From: an uncultured Bacteroidales bacterium
GTDB lineage: Bacteria > Bacteroidota > Bacteroidia > Bacteroidales > UBA7960
Reading direction: 5' to 3'
DNA: 64,000 nt
NCBI GenBank assembly: GCA_964614525.1
Contig: CAZTPA010000007.1
Coordinates: 3,709-67,708 of the forward strand
The notes beneath the pieces were generated by a model. It did not search any database. It was given only the letters and a program-made list of their open reading frames with translations, and had not been told where the DNA came from. The translations under genes were made by a program, and so were the position numbers. Positions 29,448 through 40,014 of the stretch are shown piece by piece. Every line of letters starts with the position of its first letter. Position 1 is the first letter of the stretch.

Positions 29448-30773
29448 CTATTTAACAGCTTCTCCCAATAAGGTTGCAGCAGTGCAGCTTTCAATTTTTA
29501 CATTAACGTAATCCCCGGGATTAAAACCTTCATCATTAAAAACTACAACTTTGTTTTGCTCATTTCTGCCGGACACTTTATTTTTAGATTTCTTAGAATA
29601 TCCTTCTACTAAAACTTCCTGAATTTTGCCGATATCACTTTGATTACTACTTAATGAGAGTTCCTGCTGAAGATTAATTATTTCATTTAAACGACGAAGT
29701 TTCTCTTTTTCCGGGATATCATCTTTGTGCTGTTTTGCAGCTAAAGTGCCTTCTCTTTCCGAATATTTAAACATAAAGGCAAAATCAAAACCAACTTCTT
29801 TCATCAAGCTTAATGTTTGTTGGTGGTCTTCTTCTGTTTCTCCACAAAACCCGGAGATAATATCTGTTGAAATTGCACAGCCGGGAATAGTCTCCTTTAT
29901 TTTATTTATTCTTTCCAAATAACTCTCACGCGTATATTTTCTATTCATGCGTTTTAATACTATTGTGCTTCCTGATTGCACAGGAAGATGAACAGACTTG
30001 CAAATGTTCTTATTGGCAGCAATAATATTTATTAATTCATCTGAAATGTCTTTTGGATGAGATGTTGCAAATCTAATTCGTAGCAATGGGCTTATGGCAG
30101 AAATGCTTTCCAGCAGCTTGCTGAAATTAATATTTCCTTCTTTCCACTTATAAGAATTTACATTCTGACCTAAGAGTGTAATTTCCCGATAACCCTGATT
30201 AAACAATTCTTTTGCCTCTTTTAAAATAGTTTCAGGATTTCTGCTTCGCTCTTTTCCCCTGGTAAATGGCACAACGCAATATGAACAGAAATTTTCACAA
30301 CCACGCATAATAGATATAAATGCTGATATTTTATTGCCTGAATATTTTACAGGAGTGATATCTGCATAAGTTTCTTCAGTTGATAATAAAACATTACATG
30401 CTTTTTGACCGGATTCAACATCTGATAATAATTTGGGCAAATCTCTGTAAACATCCGGCCCGGCAACCATATCTATTCGCATGCCAAGTTCTTCTTCTTC
30501 AAGCAAGTCGGTTTTCATCCGTTCTGCCATGCAACCGATTACACCTATTATAAGATTAGGATTGTTTTTACGTAAATGCTGAATTTGCTTTAATCGGTTC
30601 AGAACTCTTTTTTCTGCATGATCACGTATAGAACAGGTATTTATAAAGATTATATCAGAATCCAGAATTTCTGTTGTTGCCTCAAAACCATTCTCTAACA
30701 TTATTGAAGCCACTATCTCGCTATCTGAAAAATTCATCTGGCAACCGTATGTCTCTATGTAAAGTTTTTTCAT
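29448..30773 (-). CDS. miaB: tRNA (N6-isopentenyl adenosine(37)-C2)-methylthiotransferase
   Basis: UPF0004 domain YIETYGCQMN, radical-SAM CENFCSYCVVP, and a C-terminal TRAM domain. The start is set at ATG 30773 (MKKLYIETYGC), not the ORF-track start at 30905. Confidence 0.85.
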   Translation of the reverse strand: MKKLYIETYGCQMNFSDSEIVASIMLENGFEATTEILDSDIIFINTCSIRDHAEKRVLNRLKQIQHLRKNNPNLIIGVIGCMAERMKTDLLEEEELGMRIDMVAGPDVYRDLPKLLSDVESGQKACNVLLSTEETYADITPVKYSGNKISAFISIMRGCENFCSYCVVPFTRGKERSRNPETILKEAKELFNQGYREITLLGQNVNSYKWKEGNINFSKLLESISAISPLLRIRFATSHPKDISDELINIIAANKNICKSVHLPVQSGSTIVLKRMNRKYTRESYLERINKIKETIPGCAISTDIISGFCGETEEDHQQTLSLMKEVGFDFAFMFKYSEREGTLAAKQHKDDIPEKEKLRRLNEIINLQQELSLSSNQSDIGKIQEVLVEGYSKKSKNKVSGRNEQNKVVVFNDEGFNPGDYVNVKIESCTAATLLGEAVK

Positions 30774-31021
30774 TATATGATAATACCCCTCAAATCGTGA
30801 TGTGTTCTTAGTTAATCGTGCAAAAATACTCAAAAATGTCGGTTTATTTTGTAAAAAAAATATGCTTTCTTTGCAAATTACAAAAGGTTTTGCTTTTCTT
30901 TGCAAAATTTTGAAGCATGAAATATTGTTTTATTCTTTGAGTTTCTTTTTAAAAGAGAAACAAATTATTTTTACGATTCAATTCTGAAATCATTTTTTAA
31001 GATTTAAACTAAACATATATT

Positions 31022-33367
31022 ATGGCAAAAAATCTTGTCATTGTCGAGTCACCGGCAAAAGCAAAAACAATTGAAGGTTTTCTTGGAAAGGATTATCATG
31101 TAAAATCCAGCTATGGTCATGTCAGAGATTTGTCAAAAACAAATCTTGGTGTTCAAATAGATAATGATTTTGAACCTCAGTACGAGATCTCTCCTGATAA
31201 GAAAAAGGTTGTCGCAGAGCTGAAAAAGGAGGCAAAAGGTGCCGACATGGTTTGGCTAGCAACTGATGAGGACCGCGAAGGAGAGGCCATCTCATGGCAT
31301 CTTGTTGAAAGTTTAAAATTGCCTGAGAACAAATATAAGCGCATTGTTTTTCATGAGATTACAAAGAGCGCAATTACTAATGCTATCTCAAAATCAAGAA
31401 AACTGGATGTTAGTCTTGTTAATGCTCAACAAGCTAGAAGGGTGCTGGACAGGCTTGTTGGATTTGAACTTTCTCCGGTTCTTTGGAAAAAAGTTAGACC
31501 GTCATTGTCTGCCGGTAGAGTGCAATCTGTTACAGTTAGACTGATAGTTGAAAGAGAAAAGGAAATACAGGCTTTTAAACAGCAGAATTATTATAAAATA
31601 ATAGCATTGTTTGATGTAGAACATAATGGACAAACAATGCAATTCAGAGCTGAACTTCCCGGCAAAATTGCAGATAAAGAAAAAGCATTTGTGCTTCTTG
31701 AAAAATGCAAGGATAGCGACTTTATTGTTGAAAGTGTTGATACCAAACCTGCATCTAAATCGCCCTCTGCTCCCTTTACTACATCAACATTACAACAAGA
31801 TGCCAGTAGAAAACTTGGATTTTCGGTTTCTAAAACAATGCTACTCGCCCAAAGACTTTATGAGTCAGGAAAGATTACATATATGAGAACCGATTCTGTG
31901 AATCTTTCAGACTTTGCTGTGGATATGGCAAAGTCTGAAATAACAAAGGCTTTCGGAGCAAAATATTCTAAAACAAGAAAATATACAACAAAAAGCAAAG
32001 GAGCTCAAGAAGCTCATGAAGCGATCAGGCCAACGGATCTTTCAGCTAAAGTTGCTAGTAGCGATTCTCAGGAACAAAGACTTTATGAGTTAATTTGGAA
32101 AAGAACTCTGGCTTCACAAATGGCGGATGCTGTGTTGGAAAAAACGAATGTTAGCATTGGCATTTCTAAAGCAGAAGAAAAACTGACTGCTTCCGGTGAA
32201 GTTATTAAGTTTGACGGATTTCTTAAACTTTATATTGAATCTACCGAAGATGAAGATGAAGAAACCGGCAAAGGAATTCTGCCGCCGTTATCAAAAGGGC
32301 AATCACTTGACTTAAACTCAATGCAAGCCATTGAAAGATTTACAAAACATCCGCCAAGATATACTGAAGCCGGACTTGTGAAAAAGCTTGAAGAACTCGG
32401 CATCGGCAGGCCATCAACTTATGCACCAACAATTTCTGTAATTCAAAAAAGAGAATATGTTGTAAAAGAAAGCAGAGAGGGTGAAAAAAGAAATTATTTC
32501 GTGCTGGAACTTAGTAACTCAAGAATTATTGAACTTGAAAAATCAGAAATGACCGGAGCAGAGAAAAACAAACTGTTTCCTACTGATTTGGGAATTGTTG
32601 TTAATAATTTTTTGATGGAGTATTTTAAGGATATTATTGATTATAGCTTTACTGCGAAACTTGAGAAAGAATTTGATGAAATTGCTCAAAACAATAGCGA
32701 ATGGAAAGCTGTGGTTAAAGATTTTTATTGGCCGTTTCATGAAAAGGTAGAAAATGCATTAGAGCATGCAGAAAAAGCAAGCGGAGCCAGGTTGCTGGGA
32801 ACTGACCCAAAAACAGGAAAAAATGTTTATTCAAGGATTGGAAGATATGGTCCAATGGTGCAAATTGGAGAAGCAAATGAAGAAGAAAAACCTTCTTTTG
32901 CCGGCTTATTAAAAAGCCAGAGTTTGGATTCAATTACCCTTGAAGAAGCACTGGATTTATTCAGACTGCCCAGAACTGTCGGAAAATACGAAGATAAGGA
33001 TGTTGTTGCCGCTATCGGTAGGTTTGGACCTTATATCAGACATGACAGCAAATTTGTATCCCTACCCAAAACTGATGATCCTTTAACCGTTAGCCTTGAA
33101 AGAGCAATTGAAATCATTGAAGATAAAAGGGAAGCTGAAAGAAAGAAAATAATTAAGGAATTTAAAGAAGAACCTGAAATTAAAATTCTGGCCGGAAGAT
33201 GGGGGCCTTATATCTCTTTTAAAGGAGAAAATCTAAAAATTCCCAAAACACAAAATCCTGAAGAACTTACTCTTGAGGATTGTTTTAAAATTAAAGAGGC
33301 TGGTGGAGCAACCTCAACGAAAAAAAAGCGTACAACAAAAAGTAAATCTTCTAAGAAAAAGAAATAG
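31022..33367 (+). CDS. topA: DNA topoisomerase I
   Basis: Toprim LVIVESPAKAKTI and DEDREGE, active-site region ITYMRTDS, and a lysine-rich tail. 781 aa. Confidence 0.95.
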   Translation: MAKNLVIVESPAKAKTIEGFLGKDYHVKSSYGHVRDLSKTNLGVQIDNDFEPQYEISPDKKKVVAELKKEAKGADMVWLATDEDREGEAISWHLVESLKLPENKYKRIVFHEITKSAITNAISKSRKLDVSLVNAQQARRVLDRLVGFELSPVLWKKVRPSLSAGRVQSVTVRLIVEREKEIQAFKQQNYYKIIALFDVEHNGQTMQFRAELPGKIADKEKAFVLLEKCKDSDFIVESVDTKPASKSPSAPFTTSTLQQDASRKLGFSVSKTMLLAQRLYESGKITYMRTDSVNLSDFAVDMAKSEITKAFGAKYSKTRKYTTKSKGAQEAHEAIRPTDLSAKVASSDSQEQRLYELIWKRTLASQMADAVLEKTNVSIGISKAEEKLTASGEVIKFDGFLKLYIESTEDEDEETGKGILPPLSKGQSLDLNSMQAIERFTKHPPRYTEAGLVKKLEELGIGRPSTYAPTISVIQKREYVVKESREGEKRNYFVLELSNSRIIELEKSEMTGAEKNKLFPTDLGIVVNNFLMEYFKDIIDYSFTAKLEKEFDEIAQNNSEWKAVVKDFYWPFHEKVENALEHAEKASGARLLGTDPKTGKNVYSRIGRYGPMVQIGEANEEEKPSFAGLLKSQSLDSITLEEALDLFRLPRTVGKYEDKDVVAAIGRFGPYIRHDSKFVSLPKTDDPLTVSLERAIEIIEDKREAERKKIIKEFKEEPEIKILAGRWGPYISFKGENLKIPKTQNPEELTLEDCFKIKEAGGATSTKKKRTTKSKSSKKKK

Positions 33368-33372
33368 AAAAC

Positions 33373-34557
33373 ATGGAACTTGAGGTTTATTTTGAAGCTG
33401 TTGACCCCGCAAAAATTCAAGGAAAAGGCAAACATCATCCGCTTATTCTGGGAGAAGTGATTGATGCTTTTTATACTAATGGAAGTTTTCCGGATTTAAA
33501 TAATAAACAGATTGCAATTTTTGGTGTTACTGAAGACCGAAATGCACCCCAAAATGAGGGTTGTGGATTAGCTCCCGATTATGTCAGAAAATATCTGTAT
33601 AATTTGCTTCAGGGTCCTAATAAAGTTAGAATTGCCGACTTGGGAAATATTATTGCGGGAAATACTACTGAAGACACTTATTATGCTGTTAAAACAGTTG
33701 TTGCCGAGCTAATTGAGAACAAAATCATTCCCGTTATTATTGGTGGCAGCCAGGATATTACATATGCAAATTACCTTGCATACGAGTCTTTAGGCCAAAT
33801 TATTAATATTGTTAATACTGATTCATGCTTTGATATTGGCCTTAATGATGATAGTTTAAACCACAAGGGATACCTTAGCAATATCATAAAGCATCAGCCT
33901 AATTATCTTTTCAATTATACAAATATTGGCTATCAAACATATTTTACAGATCAGGATGCTATAGATTTGATGAATAAATTGTTTTTTGATGTTTACAGAC
34001 TAGGGCTTGTAAGAAATAATCTGGAAGAGGTTGAACCTATTGTTAGAAATTCTGATATGTTTTCATTTGATGTCTCAAGTATCCGGCAATCCGATGCCCC
34101 CGGAAACTATTTTGCATCACCTAATGGTTTCTATGGTGAGGAGGCTTGCCAAATTGTGAGATATGCCGGACTTAGTGATAAGCTTTCTTCTATTGGTTTT
34201 TATGAATATAATCCCGCATTTGACAATGGTGAACAAACCGCACACCTTGTTGCTCAAATGATTTGGTATTTTATTGATGGCTTTGCCAATCGTAAAAATG
34301 ATTTCCCGGATAGAGAAAGAAAGGACTCAGGAGCATATATTAAATATGTTGTTTCAATTAAAGAGTTTACAAATGAAATTGTTTTTTATAAAAGCAAAAT
34401 CAGTGATAGATGGTGGATGGAGGTACCTTGCCCTTCAGGTATGCAAGTTAAATATGAAAGACAGTTTTTAGTTCCATGTTCTTATAAAGATTATCAAGCT
34501 GCATGTCAGGAAGAGATTCCCGAGAAATGGTGGCAGGTTTATCAAAAATTTTTATGA
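33373..34557 (+). CDS. Arginase/formimidoylglutamase-fold protein with substituted metal-ligand motifs and a ~90-aa C-terminal extension
   Basis: The fold-typical segments are present but altered. IIGGSQDIT stands where GGDHS is expected, VNTDSCFD stands for DAHxD, and SFDVSSIRQSDAPG stands for SxDxDxxDPxxAPG. Confidence 0.6.
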   Translation: MELEVYFEAVDPAKIQGKGKHHPLILGEVIDAFYTNGSFPDLNNKQIAIFGVTEDRNAPQNEGCGLAPDYVRKYLYNLLQGPNKVRIADLGNIIAGNTTEDTYYAVKTVVAELIENKIIPVIIGGSQDITYANYLAYESLGQIINIVNTDSCFDIGLNDDSLNHKGYLSNIIKHQPNYLFNYTNIGYQTYFTDQDAIDLMNKLFFDVYRLGLVRNNLEEVEPIVRNSDMFSFDVSSIRQSDAPGNYFASPNGFYGEEACQIVRYAGLSDKLSSIGFYEYNPAFDNGEQTAHLVAQMIWYFIDGFANRKNDFPDRERKDSGAYIKYVVSIKEFTNEIVFYKSKISDRWWMEVPCPSGMQVKYERQFLVPCSYKDYQAACQEEIPEKWWQVYQKFL

Positions 34558-34750
34558 TTTTTTTTTAATTTGTATTTATTAAAACAAAAAAACACTATTT
34601 TTAAGGTCTGAAGAAACAGATATTATTATTGCGTATTATTACTGATAAATTGTAAATACATCATATATACCTTTGTAAAGTGGCTAATAGCCTGTAAAAT
34701 TTTATAAGTTATTGATTTACACATAGTTCTTTGAATATTTGATCTGAAAA

Positions 34751-34774
34751 TTATTAACAATTGCTTGTTAATAA
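34751..34774. promoter_or_regulatory. Perfect 9-bp inverted repeat upstream of the porP-gldKLMN operon (candidate operator)
   Basis: ttattaaca-attgct-tgttaataa, about 117 nt upstream of the porP ATG. Confidence 0.25.
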
Positions 34775-34890
34775 AATTATTTATTGTATTTTTACCGCCC
34801 GCAATTCAAAAGACATAAATGCTTATTTTTTTATTTGTATTAAATAAATTTTTTATTTTTCCGTTTTTTGAATTAACAAGCAAATGTATT

Positions 34891-35838
34891 ATGAAAAAAT
34901 TGTGCTTAAGTTTCGGTTTTATTTTATTTGTTAGCCTTGTCTTTGGGCAACAAGAACCACAATTTAGTCATAATATGTTCAACAATATGGGAATTAATCC
35001 TGGCTTCGCCGGACTTAGAAATTCTATCTGTGCTACCGGGTTTTACCGACAACAATGGGCCGGATATAAAACAGAAGATGGTGAAAAACTTTCTCCTGAA
35101 ACATACAGTATGAATGTTGATGCACCAATATCTTTTATTAGAGGAGGTCTTGCTCTGGGTTTTGTTCAGGATAATGTTGGCGCTCATACTGCAGTTGGTG
35201 TTAAACTGGCATATTCTTATCATTTGGATATGGATTATGGCAAACTAGGAATAGGTGCACAAGTGGGTTTTATTGATCAGAGAATAGATTTTTCACAATA
35301 TGAACCAATCACTGATGGAGATCCTGTATTAGTTGAATCAGATGAACAAAGTAATATTTTAATAGATTTTGCTCTTGGCGGATTTTATAAAACAGATGAA
35401 AATGCATGGATGGGTTTGTCATTCTCGCAAATTAGACAAGCAAGCAGAGAAATAGGATATGCTAATTATCGCTTAAAAAGACATGCGTACTTTGTTGGAG
35501 GTTTTGATTTTGTTTATCCGAATAACCATTCATATGTAATTACACCATCTGCTTTGGTTAAATCTGATTTTAATTCTTATCAAGTAGATATAAATGCAAT
35601 GATTACATACGCGAATAAAGTTTGGGGTGGGGTTAGTTATAGAATAAATGATGCAATTGCATTCTTTTTGGGCGTAAAATTAGATCAAATTAGTATTGGG
35701 TATTCATACGATTTTACAACATCTCTTTTAGGCCGGCAGGGACGTAGCTGGGGAAGTCATGAAGTTATGTTGCAGTATTGCTTTAATCTTGAAATTGAAA
35801 GATTAAATCAGCCTTTTAGAAATATAAGGTTTTTATAA
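34891..35838 (+). CDS. porP: Type IX secretion system membrane protein, PorP/SprF family
   Basis: Signal peptide, then the family N-terminus QQEPQFSHNMFNNMGINPGFAG. Predicted beta-barrel ending in ...NIRFL. Lies directly upstream of gldK, as in the porP-porKLMN operon. The start is set at ATG 34891. Confidence 0.85.
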   Translation: MKKLCLSFGFILFVSLVFGQQEPQFSHNMFNNMGINPGFAGLRNSICATGFYRQQWAGYKTEDGEKLSPETYSMNVDAPISFIRGGLALGFVQDNVGAHTAVGVKLAYSYHLDMDYGKLGIGAQVGFIDQRIDFSQYEPITDGDPVLVESDEQSNILIDFALGGFYKTDENAWMGLSFSQIRQASREIGYANYRLKRHAYFVGGFDFVYPNNHSYVITPSALVKSDFNSYQVDINAMITYANKVWGGVSYRINDAIAFFLGVKLDQISIGYSYDFTTSLLGRQGRSWGSHEVMLQYCFNLEIERLNQPFRNIRFL

Positions 35839-35941
35839 AAATATTTACAATCTTTGTTGTAACAATAGAAAAATTAATTCGTTTAAATTATTAAATGAAA
35901 AAAGAAAATTTAATTAGTGGTCATAAAAAACAGGAGCTATC

Positions 35942-37240
35942 ATGAAAAGAATAGTTTTTTTTGCTTCTATTATCATTTTTGTGTTAAATAGTTGTGATCG
36001 TGGCGCAGGCCACCTAACAGGAGTACAAGACAGACCGAGTATTTACTACGGTCACCCACCGGGAATGGTTTACATCCCTCTTGGTAGTTATACGATGGGA
36101 CCTTCTGATGAAGATATTGCTTATACTCATAATGCAATATCTAAAACAGTGTCTTTGCCCTCATTTTACATGGATCAAACTGAGATTACAAATAATCAGT
36201 ATAGGCAATTCGTATATTGGATCAGAGATTCTTTAGCCCATATGAAATTATCGGAGTTTGATGAAGGTCATCTTATCTTAGTTGATGAGTATGGACAAGA
36301 CCTTGAACCCCCATTAATTAATTGGGATATGAAAATCAACTGGGATGGCGAAGAGGAAAGAGAATTTCTTGCTGAACTTTTTTTGCCGGAGCATGAAAGA
36401 TTTTTTCGGAAACGTGAAATTGACACAAGAAAATTAATTTATAGGTATTATAGAATTGACTTGCAAAGAGCTGCAAGGAGAACAGAAAGAGATACACCAA
36501 GAAGAGATTTTGTTCTTGAGTATGAAACTCCTGTTTATCCCGATACTCTTGCATGGATTCACGATTTTAGCTATTCCTATAATGAACCAATGACCAAAAA
36601 TTATTTCTGGCACCCAACTTATGATCACTATCCTGTTGTTGGAGTTAGTTGGATGCAAGCCAGAGCATTTACCATTTGGAGAACACAATATCTAAATAAT
36701 TTCTTAACACGTCAGGGTAGTGCTATAGCTTCTGACTTTAGATTACCTTCTGAGGCAGAATGGGAATATGCTGCCAGAGGAGGTCTTGATCTTAATTCAT
36801 ACCCATGGGGTGGCCCTTATATTAGAAATATTGACGGTTGTTTCCTTGCTAATTATAAACCTTTAAGAGGTAATTATACTGATGATGGTGGTTTCCAGAC
36901 AGTTATAGTGGGGCATTATCCTCCTAATGATTATGGATTGTATGACATGGCAGGAAATGTTGCAGAATGGACAATAGATGCATATGATGAATCGTTCTAT
37001 TCTTTCGGACATGATATGAATATGAGTTATCAATATGAAGCTGATCCCGATGATCCAATTACTAAAAAACGTAAAGTTATTCGCGGGGGCAGTTGGAAAG
37101 ATGTAGGTAGCTTTTTACAAGTCAGCACACGTACGTATGAATATCAGGATACAGCAAAAGTTTTTATCGGCTTTAGATGTGTACAAGATTTTTTAGGTCG
37201 TGATGTTAATGATGGTGCAGGTTCTTCAAATGTTTATTAA
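35942..37240 (+). CDS. gldK: T9SS / gliding motility lipoprotein GldK (PorK), FGE-sulfatase-like domain
   Basis: Lipobox VLNSC and SUMF1/FGE-type motifs (YPVVGVSWMQARAF, RLPSEAEWEYAARGG, RGGSWKD). Confidence 0.9.
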   Translation: MKRIVFFASIIIFVLNSCDRGAGHLTGVQDRPSIYYGHPPGMVYIPLGSYTMGPSDEDIAYTHNAISKTVSLPSFYMDQTEITNNQYRQFVYWIRDSLAHMKLSEFDEGHLILVDEYGQDLEPPLINWDMKINWDGEEEREFLAELFLPEHERFFRKREIDTRKLIYRYYRIDLQRAARRTERDTPRRDFVLEYETPVYPDTLAWIHDFSYSYNEPMTKNYFWHPTYDHYPVVGVSWMQARAFTIWRTQYLNNFLTRQGSAIASDFRLPSEAEWEYAARGGLDLNSYPWGGPYIRNIDGCFLANYKPLRGNYTDDGGFQTVIVGHYPPNDYGLYDMAGNVAEWTIDAYDESFYSFGHDMNMSYQYEADPDDPITKKRKVIRGGSWKDVGSFLQVSTRTYEYQDTAKVFIGFRCVQDFLGRDVNDGAGSSNVY

Positions 37241-37308
37241 TTTTTATATATTTGCACTATAACAAATAAACAAATAAACAAAATATATCATTTTATAGAT
37301 AAAGCCTT

Positions 37309-38358
37309 ATGAAGTTCGTTCACACCAAAACGTTTAAAAACCTTATGGCCAAGCTATATGGTTGGGGTGCTTCTGTCGTAATTTTAGGAGCATTATTTAA
37401 AATTAACCACTACCCCGGAGCAGAAATTATGCTTATAGTTGGTCTTGGGGTGGAAGCATTAATATTTTTTATGTCTGGTTTTGAACCACCGCACGATGAG
37501 CCGGATTGGACATTGGTTTATCCCGAATTAGCCGGATTGGACGATGATGACTATGATGAAAGAGAAAGTAGAAGGGGAGGAGCAGTTACAACTCAAAATA
37601 TTCAAAATGTTTCTCTGTCTTCAAGTCTTGACAAAATGCTTGAAGAAGCTAACATTGGACCTGAGCTAATTGAAGATTTGGGAAAAGGAATAAGAAACCT
37701 TAGCGAGAATGCTCAAAAATTAGCAGATGTTTCTAATGCTGCAGTCGCAACTAACAATTATGTGCAAAATATGGAAGTTGCCTCACAAGCAGTACTTGAC
37801 CTTAGTGATTCCTACAAAAATACGGCAGAATATCTGAAACATGATTTAAGTTTGTCGGAAGAGTATTCCAATAGCTTAAAAAATACAGTTATGGCTTTAG
37901 GTGAAATGAAAGAGGTTTATAAAGGAACTGCTGAAGTTGCTAAAGAAGGCCTTCAATCAACAGTGGAACATAATGAGAGTATAAAAAATCTAAGCCTTTA
38001 TTCAAATCAAATGGCCGAGAATTATAGCAATGCTGCAGGCTTACTTACTCAGGCTGTTGAAGCTCTTGAGAAATCTGCTTCAGGTGGACAAATTTATACA
38101 GAACAGATGGAGAAAACAACACAAAATCTATCTGCGCTGAATGCTGTTTACGAATTGCAATTACAAGTTTCAAATGAACAGTATTTAAATACTGAAAAAT
38201 TGAAAAATAGTGTTAACCAGCTTGTAGATAATATTACTGATTCAGCAAATAATTCAGAAGAACTAAAACAATCTATAACGCATCTTTCTACTAATATTAG
38301 TGCATTAAATAATGTATATGGAAATATGTTATCTGCAATGAATGTTGGCAATAAGTAA
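37309..38358 (+). CDS. gldL: T9SS / gliding motility protein GldL (PorL)
   Basis: N-terminus KLYGWGASVVILGALFKINHYPGAE with two TM helices, then a long coiled-coil-like cytoplasmic region. Positioned between gldK and gldM. Confidence 0.85.
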   Translation: MKFVHTKTFKNLMAKLYGWGASVVILGALFKINHYPGAEIMLIVGLGVEALIFFMSGFEPPHDEPDWTLVYPELAGLDDDDYDERESRRGGAVTTQNIQNVSLSSSLDKMLEEANIGPELIEDLGKGIRNLSENAQKLADVSNAAVATNNYVQNMEVASQAVLDLSDSYKNTAEYLKHDLSLSEEYSNSLKNTVMALGEMKEVYKGTAEVAKEGLQSTVEHNESIKNLSLYSNQMAENYSNAAGLLTQAVEALEKSASGGQIYTEQMEKTTQNLSALNAVYELQLQVSNEQYLNTEKLKNSVNQLVDNITDSANNSEELKQSITHLSTNISALNNVYGNMLSAMNVGNK

Positions 38359-38401
38359 GATGTTTAATTTATATATTCAATAAAGCTAATACCTTAAGGA
38401 T

Positions 38402-39991
38402 ATGGCAGGAGGAAAACAAACTCCCCGACAGAAAATGATTGGGTTAATGTACTTGGTGTTTATCTCACTAATGGCTCTGAATGTGTCTGTTACTGTGATG
38501 GATTCTTTCGTACTTATTGACGACGGTATTAAACAAACTAATGAAAACTTCTCGAAGAGGATTAGTGATGTTTATAGAGAATTTAGAGAACAAATGGCAT
38601 TAGCCCCTGATAAAGTCAAACCTTATTATGAGCGTGCTGAAAAAGTTGAAGCACTTTCCGATTCACTAGCTACTTATATCCTTTCTTCCAGAGCTGACAT
38701 GATAGCTTATCTGGATGGTATTGAAAAAGAGGTAGCAGATACCTTAAGCCTTACTGATTTGAAAACAAGATCTAAGTACAGTGCTTCTTCCAGATATTGG
38801 TTGCAAGAAGGCAATACAGATCCTGTTAATATTGGAGGAGAAGGGACAAGAGCCTACAAGCTCAAGGCTATGATAGAAGAGTTTAAGGAAGAGGTAATTA
38901 GTATAATACCGGAAGAAGTCAGAGGTGGTGTTCAGCTTGGACTTGATGTAGAAGGCCCTTTTTATGATACAAGTGGAAATGAAATAAGCTGGCAGAGAGC
39001 AATGTTTGATAGAGTTATTCCTATAGCTCTTGCTACAAACCTTAGCAGATTGGTTACTGAAGTTAAAAACGTTGAATTTGAAGCTGTTTCAAGACTATAT
39101 GCAGCTATAACTGCCCAGGATTTTACATTTGATAAAATTGAGGCCAGAGTTGTTCCAAAAAGTGAAATAGTTCTCCTTGGCGATGCTTATGAAGCTGATG
39201 TTTTTGTTGCTGCGTTTGACACAAAACAAAATCCAATAATTACTGTGGATGGAAGGAATATTGAAACAGAAGAAGGTTTAGGTAAATTACGGATTCCTGC
39301 AACAAGTGTTGGTTCTAAAAAATTTAAAGGACAAATTAAAGTACCTAATCCTGCTACCGGACAAATTACGCCTTACGATTTTGAAGGAAGTTATTTAGTT
39401 CAAAGACCATCAGTTACTGTTTCTGCTGATGCGATGAATGTTTTTTATATTGGTGTTGATAATCCTGTTTCAATTTCTGTTCCCGGTATTGCTAATGAGA
39501 ACATTAGGCCTTCAATATCTGCTGGAGGTCAAATGATTCCTCGCGGAGATGGCAGATATACTGTTAAAATGCCTTCGGGAGTCAGAGAAACAATAGTCAC
39601 TGTTAGAGCTGTAATTGATGGTTCTACCCGAAATATGGGAAGCTCTAGTTTTAGAGTAAGGGCAATACCCAGCCCGATTCCTAAAGTTTCAGGACTTGGC
39701 TCAGGAGAGTCGGTTGCCAGGGAAAGACTTCTTGCTTTACCAAGAGTTATTGCAGACCTTGAAGGTTTTGAGTTTGACGCTAAATTTGATGTTATTTCAT
39801 ATACTATGTTTACAACAGAATCGGGTGATTTAAGAACATATTCCGCCAGAAGTGGAGAGTTTACCAGTGAGATTTCAAATGCTATTGGAAGAGCCAGAAA
39901 AGGTCAACGCTTTGTTTTTGATGAAATACTCGCTAAAGGCCCGGATGGTACAACAAGAAGTTTGTCAGCTGTTTCTTTGAAAATTCAATAA
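38402..39991 (+). CDS. gldM: T9SS / gliding motility protein GldM (PorM)
   Basis: Hallmark N-terminus MAGGKQTPRQKMIGLMYLVFISLMALNVS. 529 aa. Confidence 0.9.
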   Translation: MAGGKQTPRQKMIGLMYLVFISLMALNVSVTVMDSFVLIDDGIKQTNENFSKRISDVYREFREQMALAPDKVKPYYERAEKVEALSDSLATYILSSRADMIAYLDGIEKEVADTLSLTDLKTRSKYSASSRYWLQEGNTDPVNIGGEGTRAYKLKAMIEEFKEEVISIIPEEVRGGVQLGLDVEGPFYDTSGNEISWQRAMFDRVIPIALATNLSRLVTEVKNVEFEAVSRLYAAITAQDFTFDKIEARVVPKSEIVLLGDAYEADVFVAAFDTKQNPIITVDGRNIETEEGLGKLRIPATSVGSKKFKGQIKVPNPATGQITPYDFEGSYLVQRPSVTVSADAMNVFYIGVDNPVSISVPGIANENIRPSISAGGQMIPRGDGRYTVKMPSGVRETIVTVRAVIDGSTRNMGSSSFRVRAIPSPIPKVSGLGSGESVARERLLALPRVIADLEGFEFDAKFDVISYTMFTTESGDLRTYSARSGEFTSEISNAIGRARKGQRFVFDEILAKGPDGTTRSLSAVSLKIQ

Positions 39992-40014
39992 TTTAAATGT
40001 TTGGAGGATTAATT

